NCBI RefSeq assembly: GCF_009914755.1
Contig: NC_060926.1
DNA from: the human T2T-CHM13v2.0 reference genome, Homo sapiens
Reading direction: 5' to 3' (one strand)
Length of the DNA stretch: 64,000 nt
Positions 1 to 13,089 of the stretch are shown in pieces; within the stretch, counting starts at the first letter, position 1, and each line of letters starts with the position of its first letter. Both the position numbers and the translations under genes were made by a program. The notes beneath the pieces were generated by a model. It did no database searches and had not been told where the DNA came from. It worked only from the letters and a program-made list of their open reading frames with translations.

Positions 1-856
1 TCTCTAGCGGCCCCTTTCTTACAATTACTTTTAAAATGTATTGACGTGATGGTTGTTAAGACTGTGTTGAAAACATCTTTGGGGAGCCACATGAAATAAG
101 CAATTGAAACATCAGTGGGAAGATGGGCAGATGAAGAAATAAGGAAGCCTTTGGGGCACAGTATATTGAAGTGCTGGTTTTCCCCACCAACCCAGGATGC
201 AGGCATGGCTCATGCTCTCTGCCCACAGGTTTGTGGGTACCTGTTTTTGACAGTGGTCTTTATCCATGTGTTTTTGTAAACATTAGGACACAGTAAGCTT
301 TTCTTTTGTATTTTTTTAACAGCAACTTGATTTACACCTGACATTTTGTATTATCCTCATCTGCTAGAGTACATTCAGTAGAGAAGGAGAGGTGGGCACA
401 GGAGGCAGGAGTGGTGGGAGATATAGCTTTCAGTATTGATAGTATTCTGTGGTGATCTATGCATATGGGCCACCAAGCTTTGGGATAATGAGTTAACTAA
501 TAAAATGTCTATTGATTAAGAAGAGGGTATTCAGTGTCAGCCACACACTATGATCAGAAAAAGCAACCTCTAACCCCAGCCCAAGTCAATGACACTGATT
601 TCTTCCTCTTGCAGGTGAGCTTTCCCTTGGCTGTGGGTGGTGGTAGTTGTAGTCAATCAGTCAAGATAGGGTAGGTTATGCTGTGGTAACAAACAACTTC
701 CAAATTTCTGTGCCTTAAAATAACGAAGGTTTGTTTCTTGTACTTGTTCACACTGTGTGCCCTTTGCAGGTCACAGGAGTAGCTCTGCTTTTACTGGAAT
801 TACTCAGGGTCCCAAGCTGACTGAGTAGCCACCACCTAGAAAGTTGCTGATATAGG

Positions 857-1741
857 TGCAAAAAGCCAAACTCTATAAACTATTTAATGAGGTTTATTCT
901 GAGCCATTATGAGTGATCATGGCTTGGGGTACAATCTCAAGACTTCCTGAGAAAATGTGTCTGTGGTTGTCAGGTTACATCTTGGTTTTATACATATTAG
1001 GGAGACAGAAGTTACAGGCAATGACATAAATCAATACATGTAAGGTATATATAGGTTTGGCCCAGAAAGGTGAAACATCTCGAAGCAGGGTAGGACTTAC
1101 AGGTCATAGGTAGATTTAAAGGATTTTTGGTTGTCAATTGATTTAAAGAGTTAAGATTGTCTAAAGGGTTGAAATCAGTAGAAAGAAATGCTTGAGTTAA
1201 GATAAGGGGGGGTGTGGAAGTCAAGGTTCTTGTTATGTAGACAAAGCCCCTAAGTAGCAGACTTCCAGAGAGAATAGATGGTAAATATCTCTCTTCGGAC
1301 CTTATGAGGTGTCAGACTCTTAGTTAAATCCCTCCTGGATCCAGAAAAGACCTAGAAAAAGAACGAGATTCCCCATAGTTGCAAATTTCTCCCACAAGAG
1401 ATGGCTTTGCAGGGCTACTTCAAAATATGTTAAATAAATATATTTGGGGATAAAATATTTTTATTGTTTTCAAGGCTTGCTATCATGTGATGCTATACCA
1501 GAGTCAGGTTGAAATATGGTATATTTTATTGCTATGAGGAGTCTGTTTTGTCAGTCTTAGGATCTCTATTTTAACCTTAATGCTGGTCAGTTGTGCCAAA
1601 CTCCAAAAGGAGGGGGTATACTGAGGTGTGTCTGACTTCCCTTTTTGTCATGGGCAGGAATTCAGCCTTTCAGGTTTCTCTTGGTCCAGAGATGGTCCGT
1701 TCAGTCAGTTGGGGGACTCAGGATTTTATTTTCGGCTTACA
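857..1741 (-). mobile_element. ERV1 solo LTR, MER4 family (MER4D/E-like)
   Basis: 'gaggtttattctgagcc', 'cataaatcaatacatgtaaggtatat', end 'ttttattttcggcttaca'; TG...CA termini; near-TSD tagg/ttgg. Confidence 0.8.
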
Positions 1742-1812
1742 TTGGTCATTGTGCCAGGGGAAAAGAGTTCTGGAGGGACTTGCACTGGTAACTAAATGTT
1801 TCAGCTTAGAGG

Positions 1813-2365
1813 TGAAGGAGATCTGAATATGCCACCCCCAAACGGCTACTTTGGCCTAAGAATTACTTTGATCTGAAGGCAATTAAGAAACAACAGACAG
1901 AGGAGGAACCCTCTCTCCTCTACCTTTCTTCCTGAAAGCAGGGCATACATTTTCCTTTGTGAAGGTGTCCCCCCTCCTCTCTCCCGTACCAGGAAGAGGA
2001 GAACAACTCTTAATCACCAGAGATTTACCAACTCTTATCACTGGAGACTCACCAATGACTCTGCATAACCAACATTACTAACATAACCTTATCTTCCATT
2101 AGTTTCTTCCATATATTTATCTTCACACAATTTATAACCCCTAGAAGCCCAGACCCTTTTTCCTCTCTCGTCACTCTTTTACAATTTACTGCCCTTTGTT
2201 AACATGGTATATAAGCTCACAAGCCTTTATTTCTTTTCTGTAAAGCTCTTGTGTGCATAAAAAATGAAATGTTTCTCTTGTTAGTCTGTCTTTTGTCAGT
2301 TTAATTTCCAGGCCCCAGGCACAGAATTTAAGAGAACAGAGAAAAAGTTTTTTCCCTCTCCTACA
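1813..2365 (+). mobile_element. ERV1 solo LTR, MER34-like
   Basis: Starts 'tgaaggagatctgaatatgccacccc', ends 'ttccctctcctaca'; near-TSD gagg/gaag. Confidence 0.7.
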
Positions 2366-2499
2366 GAAGCAACATCATGTCATTGACTATAGCTAGTCAC
2401 GTGGCCACACCTTATGCCCAGAAATTAGACAGAAATATGTGTCAAACAACATTCATGACTACCCCAGAGGACATTGGTTGCTCTTTTTTGCCCACTGAT

Positions 2500-3228
2500 T
2501 GTAACCATGCAATGGGTTCACCTTGCCCACTGCTTAGAGAGAGCTAACTTATCAAGATAAGAATTGCAATAGAGAAAGAGTAATTCATGCAGAGCTGCCT
2601 GTGCAGGAGACTGGAGTTTTATTATTACTCAAATCAGCCTCCCCAAGCATTCAATGATCAGATTTTTTAAGGGTAATTTGGTGGGTGAAGGGGGTTAGCC
2701 AATGAGCAGGAGTGCTGATTGGTTGGGTTGGAGATGAAATCATAGGGAGTTGATGCTGTCTTCTAGCACTGAGTCAATTCCTGGGTGGGGGCCAGAAGAT
2801 CAGATGAGCCAGTTTTTCTGGGTGGTGGCTCCTGAACCATCAAGCGCAGGGTCTGCAAAATATCTCAAGCACTGGTTTTAGGTTTTACAAATAGTGACAT
2901 TATCCCCAGGAGCAATTTGGGGAGGGTCAGAATCTTGTAGCCTCCAGCTGCATGACTCCTAAAGCATAATTTCTAATCTTTTGGCTAATTTGTTAGTCCT
3001 ACAAAGGCAGTCTAGTCACCAGGGAAGAAGGGGTTTGTTTTGGTAAAGGGCCATTACAGTCTTTGTTTTAAACTATAAACTACAAACTAAGTTCCTCCCA
3101 AAGTTAGTTTGGCCTATGCCCAGGAATGAACAAGCCACAGCTTGGAGGTTAGAAGCAAGATGGAGTTGGTTAGGTCAGATCTCTTTCACTGTCTCAGTTA
3201 TATTAATAATTTTGCAATGGTGGTTTCA
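2500..3228 (-). mobile_element. ERV1 solo LTR, LTR8
   Basis: Reverse complement begins 'tgaaaccaccattgcaaaattat...actgagacagtgaaagagatctgacctaacc'; perfect 4-bp TSD tgat (2496-2499, 3229-3232). Confidence 0.85.
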
Positions 3229-3244
3229 TGATAATGCAATAGCA

Positions 3245-3490
3245 ATCACATTTTACTAAGTATTTATTATATGTCAAGCACTATGTCAACTGCTTGGTAT
3301 AAATTGTCTTGTTTGTCTTCCCAACAGCCCCATGAAGTAGATACTATTACCATTTTCCCTATTTTACAAAGGGGGAAACTAAATTGAGGCACACAGAGGC
3401 TAAGTAACTTACTCAAGGTCAGACAGAAAATGGTAGAAACTGGATTCAAACTCTAGCATGTATATTCAGAGTACCAACTTCCTACCACCA
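3245..3490 (-). mobile_element. MIR SINE
   Basis: MIR core 'attttacaaag...tgaggcacacagaggctaagtaacttactcaaggtca'. Confidence 0.75.
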
Positions 3491-3754
3491 CAATTTCCTG
3501 CCTCTCTAACCTGAGTTGGAGCCATTAGAACCATTAAAGATATTCTAAAAATATTGAACCTCGAGAGAAACATTGTTCAGCATCTTGGTATCTTCTCTCC
3601 TGGGAACTCCTTAGTTTCTATGCAAATTTGCTGAATTTCTACCCAGAGGTCTTTAGCTTCAAATATCAAGTGGTAAGGGGAGTATGGTGGGTGCTGGGAT
3701 GACAACTCTCAAGTCCAAAGAACATTTCATTTTGACAAAATGAAACAACAATAG

Positions 3755-3945
3755 CATATAACATTTATTAAAGTCTTGCAATATGTTAGACATTGTAAGT
3801 CTCCATTACATTTATTTGATCCTCATTACACTCCAGTGAGTATAGGTCCTATTTTTATGCCCATTTTACAAATGAGGTAACTGAGACACAGAGAAGTTAG
3901 GTAAGTGGGATAAGTTCACATGAATGATAAGCAGAGGAATCAGCA
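3755..3945 (-). mobile_element. MIR SINE
   Basis: 'cccattttacaaatgaggtaactgagacacagagaagttaggtaag'. Confidence 0.75.
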
Positions 3946-4469
3946 CACCTTTTGGAAAGGTAGGAGATTAAAGAATGGTTGGATTTGATTTTCTTGCCAG
4001 CCCCTTACCATAGTATCAAATGATTTTTAGGAAGAGTGTCAGCCCTTTCATTGGAATGTATTTCTTAATCTTATAATTTAGAACTAGAGGCAGCAGCAAA
4101 ATGGAAAAGGGGAAACGTGGAGACATGAAGAGAAATGGCCACTGAAAACTCAAAGTGGTGCTTCATAGAGGACACCTACTTTAGTGTTTAGAGACGGAGT
4201 GTTTGCATTTGGCATATCAGTTGTCAATGAATGTTTAACAACCTGAAAATGTTGTGTTCTCTTAGGTATCTTAAATGGCTCCCATCCTATCTCATTTACT
4301 TCACTTTGCTATACCTGTTAAGAAAGGGCATACTTGGCAGTGCTCACTCACAACAGCCTTGCTGTCCAGTTCTCCTAAATTCTGATTTGGAGGCTTTGGA
4401 ATCAGTGAGGTTGTTTGTTTATTGAAACAATTTCAAAATTAAACAAAACTTCCAAGTACATTACAAATA

Positions 4470-6450
4470 ACTTATCTCTTTCTAAACCACTTGAGAATAA
4501 GTTGCTGAACAACAGCCTATGGCTCCTGAAGGCAGTATGCTTTTTTAAAAATAAATACAAATATTCTCCTTCATCAGTGTCTCTAAATAGTCTCTGAATC
4601 AACAGCATTGGTGTCCCCTGATAACTTTTCAGAGATACACATTTTTGGGTCTCACTGCAGACTTCCTGAATCAGAAACTCTGATATAGGGTCCAGCAATC
4701 TGCATCTTAACAAGTCCTCTAGGTGATCCTAATGAACACTCAGGATTACACCCCAGGTATTTTGTAGAGTGTCCCATATTATCTCAATAGAACCATCAAA
4801 ATCAGGAAATTAATACCAATGCATTACTACCTCTACTTCTCACAATGCATTTGCATTCTGCCAATTTCCCCAATTTTCACGTCCTTCATAGCAAAAGGAT
4901 GACAGTCGGAGCTTCCCATTGCATTTGTTATGTCCCTTCAAAACCCTTTAGTTTGAAACTGTTCTTTAATCTTTTCTAGGTTTTCATAACCTTGACATCT
5001 TTGAAGGTGACAGAACAGTGATTTTGCAGCGTGTCCCTCAATTTGCCTTTGTCTCATGTTTCCTCATGATCAGATTCAGGTGATGCACTTCTGGCAGAAA
5101 TATCATGAATGTGAAGCTGAGATCTTCTCATTATATCCCATCAGGTGGTGCATGATTTCAATTTCATGTCTCATTTCTCATGATGTTTACTTTGGTAACT
5201 TGATGAAGGTGAAGCCCATCAGGCTTCTCCACTGTGCAGCTGACATTTTCATTCTGTAATTAATAAGTATTTTGTGGTGAGAAATGTTGAGATTATGTAA
5301 ATATACTCCTTATTAAACCTTCCATTTATTTATTTATTTGTCTGTCCATCCATTCATTTATTTATTTGGGCATGGGACTCATGGATTTCTGTTTTATTAA
5401 ATGGGTTGCAATCCATTACTATCATTATCACTATGATCACACTGTCTCAGATTGGGGTAGTGGAAGCCCTTTCAAACTTGCTTCTCTGTCCTTTTCACAT
5501 GTCCTCATTTGCTGAGCCCTCCCTTGCTTTCTGGTGCAAAAAGATATTCCAGGATCATGTTATGTTTTCTCCCCTAGACTCGGCTGTTTCCTAAGGAGCC
5601 GTAGTTTCATTTTGTTTCTTTTGTTTTGTTTTAGTGGCAGATGATATTTAGAAATCAAGATCTGGGCGCTAGATGTTCTCATTGCTACTGGGGTGTTACT
5701 GCTTCCAGACCCACTCAGTGGACAGAGCTAGAGACTATATATATGTGTATGTACACGCAAACACACTTACATCTGTATTTGCTTCAATATCCAGCTATAC
5801 ATATTAAAGACGATGAGTTCACACTGCTATCTCCAATTCCAGTCTAATACCACAGAGTTTATTCTAGTTTTCTCTGTTTCTGTATTTGCAGCTTCCTGCT
5901 GTGATGGTGAGAGAGATGATTCCTAATCTCTTTACTGTGTTATATATTTGATCAGCCTCCCAGTCTACACCAGTCTCCCCTCACCATGGCTGCTCCACTC
6001 TGCATAGACACCCTCCTCTCTTCCTGCTGGGTTCTGACACTGTGCTGCATCTGCCACTGCTCTGGCCTGCACAGATGTCTCACATCCCACTTGTGCATCT
6101 TCTGATGCTCTGGCCCTCTGCCTGGCTGTTCTCTTCACTCCACTTGGGCTCTGACACCCCACACTGGACCTCTTTCCTACATAGATATCATTCTTACCCT
6201 GCTCAGACTCTGACGGTACGGGCTGGGCTGCCCCTCACATATACACAAGACCTACCTCTTCATGCAGCTAGGGCTCTGATTCTCTGCACCGCCACCCTCC
6301 TGGCCCCACTGAGTCTCCAGAATCACAGGCTGGGCTGGGCCGCCACCCCTTCTCCTTCACCTTCCCCTTCCTCACTGCACCTGGGCTCTACAAAGCATCC
6401 AGCTATTCTCTGCTCTTTCCCCTCCTCACACCCTCACACACTCATGGGAA
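4470..6450 (-). mobile_element. Ancient L1MC-type 3' region containing a MER5A insertion
   Basis: 'gatcagattcaggtgatgcacttctggcagaaatatca', 'tttagaaatcaagatctgggcgctagatg' and recurring 'gggctctgacacc' units resemble L1MC4/5 3' UTR; ends uncertain. Confidence 0.6.
4573..4746. mobile_element. MER5A hAT-Charlie MITE
   Basis: 'cagacttcctgaatcagaaactctg...ccagcaatctgcatcttaacaagtcctctaggtgat'. Confidence 0.8.
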
Positions 6451-6835
6451 TGCTCTCTGCACCCTGGGAAGGCTACAACACTTCACTCTGGGGCTTTGCA
6501 AATTTCTCCCCCATCTGGGGCATTTGGAGTGAATTCTTCAGGTCAGAATGGGAAGGGGGAAAAGGGGAAGAGAGAGGAAAATACAGGAAGGCTTCAATAT
6601 ACTTTTAAAATGGACTTCGTTATCCACAGTACCAGAAGAATTTAATCTTAGCATTTGTTTAGGAAGGGTACAAAGTCACTCCCACTTTAACTCAAAGCTT
6701 ATGAATCTTATACTCTCCTAAAATAATAATTTCATATCTATAGTGAGATAGATATATAGATAGAGATACATGTCAGGTTCCTAGAGACATTAAGTGTTTT
6801 TCTATGCTTACAGCTAATATGGTAGGGTAGAAGCA

Positions 6836-7165
<330 letters not shown>

Positions 7166-7976
7166 TGAATTTAAAATCTGCACAGTGTTGCAATTCTTGT
7201 TTTTTTGTTGTTCGTGTCACAGTTGGATTATATCTGTGTGTCTCTCTTCCTCACTAGACTCATTAATGTCTCTGATGCAGGTCCTGAGGGTTTTTCCCAT
7301 TCCCAGCACTCTGATCTGTGGGCTTGCACTTCAGAAACAGCAGCTAAGGAAGCTGCTTGTAAAAGTGTTAGATGAAAGAGTCAGATACAAAGTTTGAAAG
7401 CAGGCTTGCAAAATGAATTTTCCTGTTTCCATAAGCTACATCAGTCTGAATTGGGGAAGGAGAGGCACCTTTGAAGGAGGGAGTAGGGAGGAAAGAGTTG
7501 GAAACCCTCTGGGTTGGGCTGGTGGCTGGGAATGATGACAGGGACTTTCTGGGGAGAGTATCAGAGAATCATGTGTAGGTCACTCAGCTGTCCTGCTTAT
7601 TGCTGTCACCAACAGCCAGTGGTCAGCCTGTTAGCCATGAGTGTCTGGGTTGAAGTGACACTTGTCAGGGCTATGGAGAGCCCATTCAGCCTTTTTCCCT
7701 GTCCCAATCATAACTTGGAGATAGAGACTGGGGAAAAGATAACCCCTGGTGGGCTGAGATGATGGTCTGAAGAGAAAGCTTGCCCTTAATAAAGATGGGG
7801 CTAAGCGGGGACTGGATAGAACCAGTGGGCAATTGCGTCTTGGGCCAGTAGAGTGGTAAATGTGCAGTTCCTGTTATATTATTGTTATTATAGTAGATGT
7901 ATATGCAAATTAAAATATTAGCACAGCACTCTCCCTGTGTTAGTCTGTTTTTTTGTGTCACTATAAAGAAATATCA

Positions 7977-8271
7977 AGCCAGGTGCAGTGGCTCACAACT
8001 GTAATCCCAGCATTTTGGGAGGCTGAGGTAGGAGGATCACTTGAGGTTAAGAGTTCAAGAGCATCCTGGGGAACATAGCAAGGCCCTGTCTCTACAAAAA
8101 AATAAAAAACTAGCTGGGTGCAGTAGTGCATGCCTGTAGTCTCAGCTACTTGGGAGGCTGAGGTGGAAAGATCAATTGAGCCCAGGTCTTCTAAGGCTGC
8201 AGTGAGCTATGACCATGCCACTGCACTCTAGCCCAGGCAACAGAGTGAGATCCTGTCTCAAAAACAAAACC
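7977..8271 (+). mobile_element. Alu (AluJ) inside MSTA LTR
   Basis: Full dimer; degenerate TSD aaagaaatatc/aaagaaacacc. Confidence 0.9.
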
Positions 8272-10147
8272 AAAGAAACACCTGAGACTGGGTAATTCAT
8301 TTAAAAAAAGAGGTTTAATTGGTTCACAGTTCTGCAGGCTGGGCAAGCATGCTCCTGGCATCTGCTTGGCTTCTAGGGAGGCCTCAGAAACTTTTACTCA
8401 TGGCTGGAGGTAAAGCAGAAGCAGATTCATCACATGATGAGAGTGAGAGCAAGAGAGAGAGAGGGGAAGGGCCACATACTTTTAAACAACCAGCTCTCCC
8501 ATGAACTAAGAGAGTGAGAACTCACTGATCACCAAGGGGATGATGCTAAGCCATTCGTGAGAGGTCCACCCCCATGATCCAATTATCTCACACCAGGCCC
8601 CACCTACAACACTGGGATTCACATTTCAACATAAGATTTGGAGGGGACATATATTCAAACCACATCATTTTGTCCCTGACCCCACAAATCTCATTGCAAA
8701 GTATAATCATCCCTTCTCAATAGTCCCCTGAAGTCCTAACTCATTCCAGCATCAAGCCAAAGTCCAAAAGTTCCAACTGAGACTCACCTCCTTCCACCTA
8801 TGAGCCTGTAAAATCAAAATAAGTTATTTACTCCCAAGATACAATGGTGGCATAGGCACTGAGTAAACAATTCCATTCCAAAAGGGAGAACCTGGTCAAA
8901 AGAAAGGGGTATAGGCCCCATGCAAATCTGGAATCCAGTGAGGTGGTCATTCAATCTTAAAGCTCCAAAATATTCCTTGAATTTGTGTCCTGCATCCAGG
9001 GCACACTGGTCCAAGGGGTGGGATCCCAAGGCCTTGGACAGCTCCACCTCTGTAGCTTTGCAGGTGCAGCCCATGTAGCAGTTCTCATGGGTTGAAGTTG
9101 AGTGTCTGTGCCTTTTCCAGGCTCAGGATGCAAACTGCCAGTGGCTCTACCATTCTGGGGTCTGAAGGGCAGTGGCTCCTTTCCCACAGCTCCACTAGGC
9201 AGTGTTCCAGTGGGGACTCTGTGTAGGCCTCCAACCTCACATTTCCTTTCAGCACTACCCTAGTAGTTTCTCTGTGGGGGCTGTGCCCCTGCGGCAGTCT
9301 TCTGCCTGGGTACCCAGGCTTTCTCATACATCCTTTAGAATCTGAGGAGGTGCCAAGCCTCCTTCACTCTTGCATATTGTGTGCCTGCAGGCTTAACACT
9401 ACTGGAAGCCATCAAAACTTATGGGAGACTGCACTCTCTACAGCAGCAGCTGGAGCTGTACCTGGGGCTCTTTGAGCCATGGCTGGAGCTGAAGTGGCTA
9501 GGATGTGGATAGCAGTATCACAAGGCTGTGCAGGGCAGTACAGCCCTGGACCTGGCCCCTGAAATCATTGTTTCCTCCTAGGCCTCTGAACTGTGATGGA
9601 AAGGGCTGCCTCAAAGATCTCTGAAATGCCTTGGAGGCCTTTTCCCCACTGTCTTGAATATTAGCACTTGGCTCTCTTTTAGTAATGACAATCTCTCTTG
9701 CAAGTGGTTGCTCTGCAGCCTGCTTGAATTCTGCAGCCAGGCTGCAAATTTTCCAAACTTTTATGCTGTTTCTCTTTTAAATATAAGTTTCAACTTCAAG
9801 TCATTCCTTTGCTCCTGCATCTGATCATAGGCTGTTAGAAGCAGCTAGGTAACATCTTGAATGCTTTGCTGCTTAGAAATTTCTTCCACCAGATACCCAA
9901 GGCCATTACTCTTAAGTTCAAATTTCCACAGAGCCCTAGGACATGGTCATAATGCAGCCAAACTATTTGCTAGGGCATACATGGGTGACCTTTGTTCCAG
10001 TTCCCAGTAAGTTTCTTATTTCCATCTGAGACCCCATCAGCTTGATTTTCACTGTCCACATCTTGATCAGCATTTTGGCCGCAACAATTTGACCAATCTA
10101 TAAGAAGTTCTAGACTTTCACTCATCTTCCTGTCTTTTTCTTATCAA

Positions 10148-10435
10148 TTTTTTGAGACTGAGTCTCGCTCTATTGCCCAGCCTGGAGTGCTGTGGCGTGA
10201 TGTTGGCTCACTGCAAACTCCACAGCCCGGATTCAAGTGATTCTCATGCCTCAGACTCCCGAATAGCTGAGATTACAGGCGCCTGCCACTATGCCTGGCT
10301 AATTTTTGTATTTTTAATAGAGATGGGGTTTCACAGTGTTGGCCAGGCTGGTCTTGAACTCTTGACGTCAGGTGATCCACCCACCTTGGCCTCCTAAAGA
10401 GCTGGGATTACAGGCATGAGCCATCATGCCTGGAC
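10148..10435 (-). mobile_element. Alu (AluSx-like) inside MSTA internal region
   Basis: 'gtcaggtgatccacccaccttggcctcc'; TSD-like cttcctgtcttt/cttcttgtcttc. Confidence 0.9.
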
Positions 10436-12102
10436 CTTCTTGTCTTCTTCTGGACCTTCTTGTCTTCTTCTGAGCCCTCCAAACTCTTCCAACCTCTGCC
10501 TGTTACCCAATTTCAAAGGTGGTCCCACATTTTCAGGTGTCTTTATAGCAATGCCCTATTCCTTGGTACCAACTTTCTGTGTTAGCCCGTTTTTGTGTTG
10601 CTATAAAGAAATATCCGAGACTAGGAAATTTATAAGTAAAGAGGTTTAATTGATTCACAGTTCTGCAGCCTGTGCAAGCATGGCACTGGCATCTGCTTGG
10701 CTTCTGGGGAGGCCTCAGGGAGCTTTTACTTATGGTGAAAGGTGAAGCAGGAGCAGGCATATCACATAGCAAGAGTGGAAGCAAGAGAGAGGGGAGAGGT
10801 GCTACATACTTGTAAATAACTAGATCTTGCATGAACTAACTGAGTGAGAACTCATCACCAAGGAGATGGCACTAAGTCATTCACGAGGGATTTGCCTTCA
10901 GGATCCACCTCCCATTGGACCCCACCTCCAACCCTGTATATTACATTTCCACATGAGATTTGTAGGGGTCAAACATCCAAGCCATACCATCCCCTAACCC
11001 AGTTCTGTTAGCACCCTGAACACATAAATCTAAATAAGTATTTACCTCAATTTCTCAATTTTTTGACCTAAACTGTACTAAATGATTGACATCTTACTAA
11101 AAGGAGGATGTAATTCACTTACATTGCCTTTTTAAAAAAAATCCAGTACTTCTTTTCTCCTTATTGTGATTTATTAAATTTTTAAATCTATACTTTGTAA
11201 GATGAGAAATTTAGTGCCTTAACCCTTTCTACTCTATCTCCTTCCTCTACTTCTCAGCTGGCCAACCATACCAATACATTTTTATTGATAAGGTTTATAA
11301 TGTGTGCATTATGTTACATTTCAATTGAGTAAAATTAATATTGAGCAGCATTATAATATTTACTATAGAACTAGTGGGTGTTATTAGACCCTTAGAAAAT
11401 ACTGTGTAATATATCACTAAACTTGGGCCATACAGAGGAAGATACTCCAAGCTTCAAGGTCAACCAGAATTTTTTTCAAAATCATGCCTTTTTTTTTCTT
11501 CCTATTTGGAATATAATGGTCTAGGAATATGCATTGCTTTACTGAAAGTTTGATTGCCTTCCTTTTTTGTTTCTTGTTGCCTGAAAGAACATATGCTTTC
11601 TTCATCATATTCCTAAGCTCATTCAGCTTTTTAAAGCAAACCACTTATTGAGATACCAAATGTCTTTATGGGCCTGCTCCACAGCTATCAGCCTGGGGTT
11701 TTAAAAAATTGTATTTTTAATTGATCATACTGTTTCTAGAATCCTGTATCTTTTTCTGTAATAATTATTTTTTTCTCTACTTTGTTTTAGTGGGGTATAG
11801 TCTCAATTTTTTCAGAAAATGTTTATAGAAGGTAAACTTTTTGAGTTAATGCTTGTCTGAAAATGTCTTTTATTTTACTCTTGCACTTGATTGATAGTTT
11901 GGCTCAGTATAGACTCCTACATTCAAAATCATTTTTTCTTTTGAACTTTGAAAGCATTGTTTCATTGTTTTCTAGTATTCCAAATCGCAATAATAAATGG
12001 TCAATTTTTAAATTTTAATGTATTCATCGCAGGTAACTTCTTTTTCCCCTAATTCTAGATCTTGTTTTTAGATTTAGCATTCTTAAGTATTAGGTAAGCT
12101 GT

Positions 12103-12480
12103 TGTATTAGTCCGTTCTCATGCTGCTAATAAAGTCATACCCAAGACTGGGTAATTTATAAGGGAAAGAGGTTTAATTGACTCACAGTTCTGCAGGCCTG
12201 GGGAGGCCTCAGTAAACTTACAATCATGGCAGAAGGGGAAGCAAACACATCCTTCTTCACATGGTTGGCAGCAAGGAGAAATGCAGAGTGAAGGGGGAAA
12301 AGCCCCTTATAAAACCATCAGATCGCCTGTGAACTCACTCACTGTCACAAAAACAGCATGGGGGGACTGCCCCCATGATCTAATCACCTCCCATGAGGTC
12401 CCTTCTCCAACACATGGGGATTATAATTAGGATTACAATTGAAGATGAGATTTGGGTGGGAACACAACCAAACCATATCA
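12103..12480 (-). mobile_element. THE1 (THE1C-like) solo LTR
   Basis: 'tgtattagtccgttctcatgctgct...aaccatatca' with perfect 5-bp TSD gctgt. Confidence 0.9.
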
Positions 12481-12827
12481 GCTGTGATTATTTGCATTTT
12501 GGAAAATCATCTTCAATTATTTCTGTGATTTATTTGTGACTTCCATATTCTCAAACTTCTAGTGGAAGTTCCTTTCCAGAACTTCCACTGGATGTATATG
12601 GCCCTTTTGATTGAATTGATCCTCTTTTATGTTCTCTTTTCTTTTTTCTAAGCTTTGACTTTTCACTTTTCAATACAGTATTTTTTAAATGTTTTTGTCC
12701 AGTCATTTTACTGAATATTTCAACTATCATATTTTTAAATTCCATTAATTCTATTCTTATATTATCCCATTTTCAGAAGTATAATCTTATCATCTGGAAC
12801 AATATATTCTCTAATGTTAATTATACG

Positions 12828-13089
12828 TGTTTTTTTTTTTTTCAGACAGGGTCTCTCGTGTAGTGGTGAGATCATAGCTCACTATCAACTCCTGGGCTCG
12901 AGGGATCCTTCCACCCCAGCTTCCCAAGTAGCTGTAACTATAGGTGTGCAACACCATGCCCAACTAATTTTTAAATTTTTTTTTAGAGATGGGATCTCAT
13001 TGTGTTGCACAGGCTGGCCTCAAACTCCTGGCCTTAAGCAGTCCTCCCGAAGTGCCGGGATTACAGGCATGTGTCTTCTACGCTTGGCC
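12828..13089 (-). mobile_element. Alu (AluJ, small internal deletions)
   Basis: 'agacagggtctc...gatccttccacc...ggattacaggcatg'. Confidence 0.85.

Larger units (their letters stand above)
648..2466 (-). mobile_element. Old ERVL-MaLR LTR (MLT1K/L-like), split into three pieces (~648-856, 1742-1812, 2366-2466) by two younger LTRs
   Basis: 'taggttatgctgtggtaacaaacaac...actcagggtcccaagctga' resumes as 'ggaaaagagttctggagggacttgcac' and 'ctagtcacgtggccacacc', matching the remembered MLT1K/L consensus. Confidence 0.65.
7936..10989 (-). mobile_element. Complete MSTA MaLR provirus (LTR ~7936-8667, internal, LTR ~10578-10989) carrying two Alu insertions
   Basis: Two same-orientation LTRs starting 'tgtgttag' and sharing 'ggcatctgcttggcttct.gggaggcctcag', flanking typical MaLR internal sequence; flanks ctccc/tcccc. 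Confidence 0.9.

Noticed and set aside
6042-6608. 188-aa ORF, the longest in the window
   Set aside because: GTG start, low-complexity L/P/S/H content, overlies degenerate repeats of an old L1 3' UTR; no recognisable domain.
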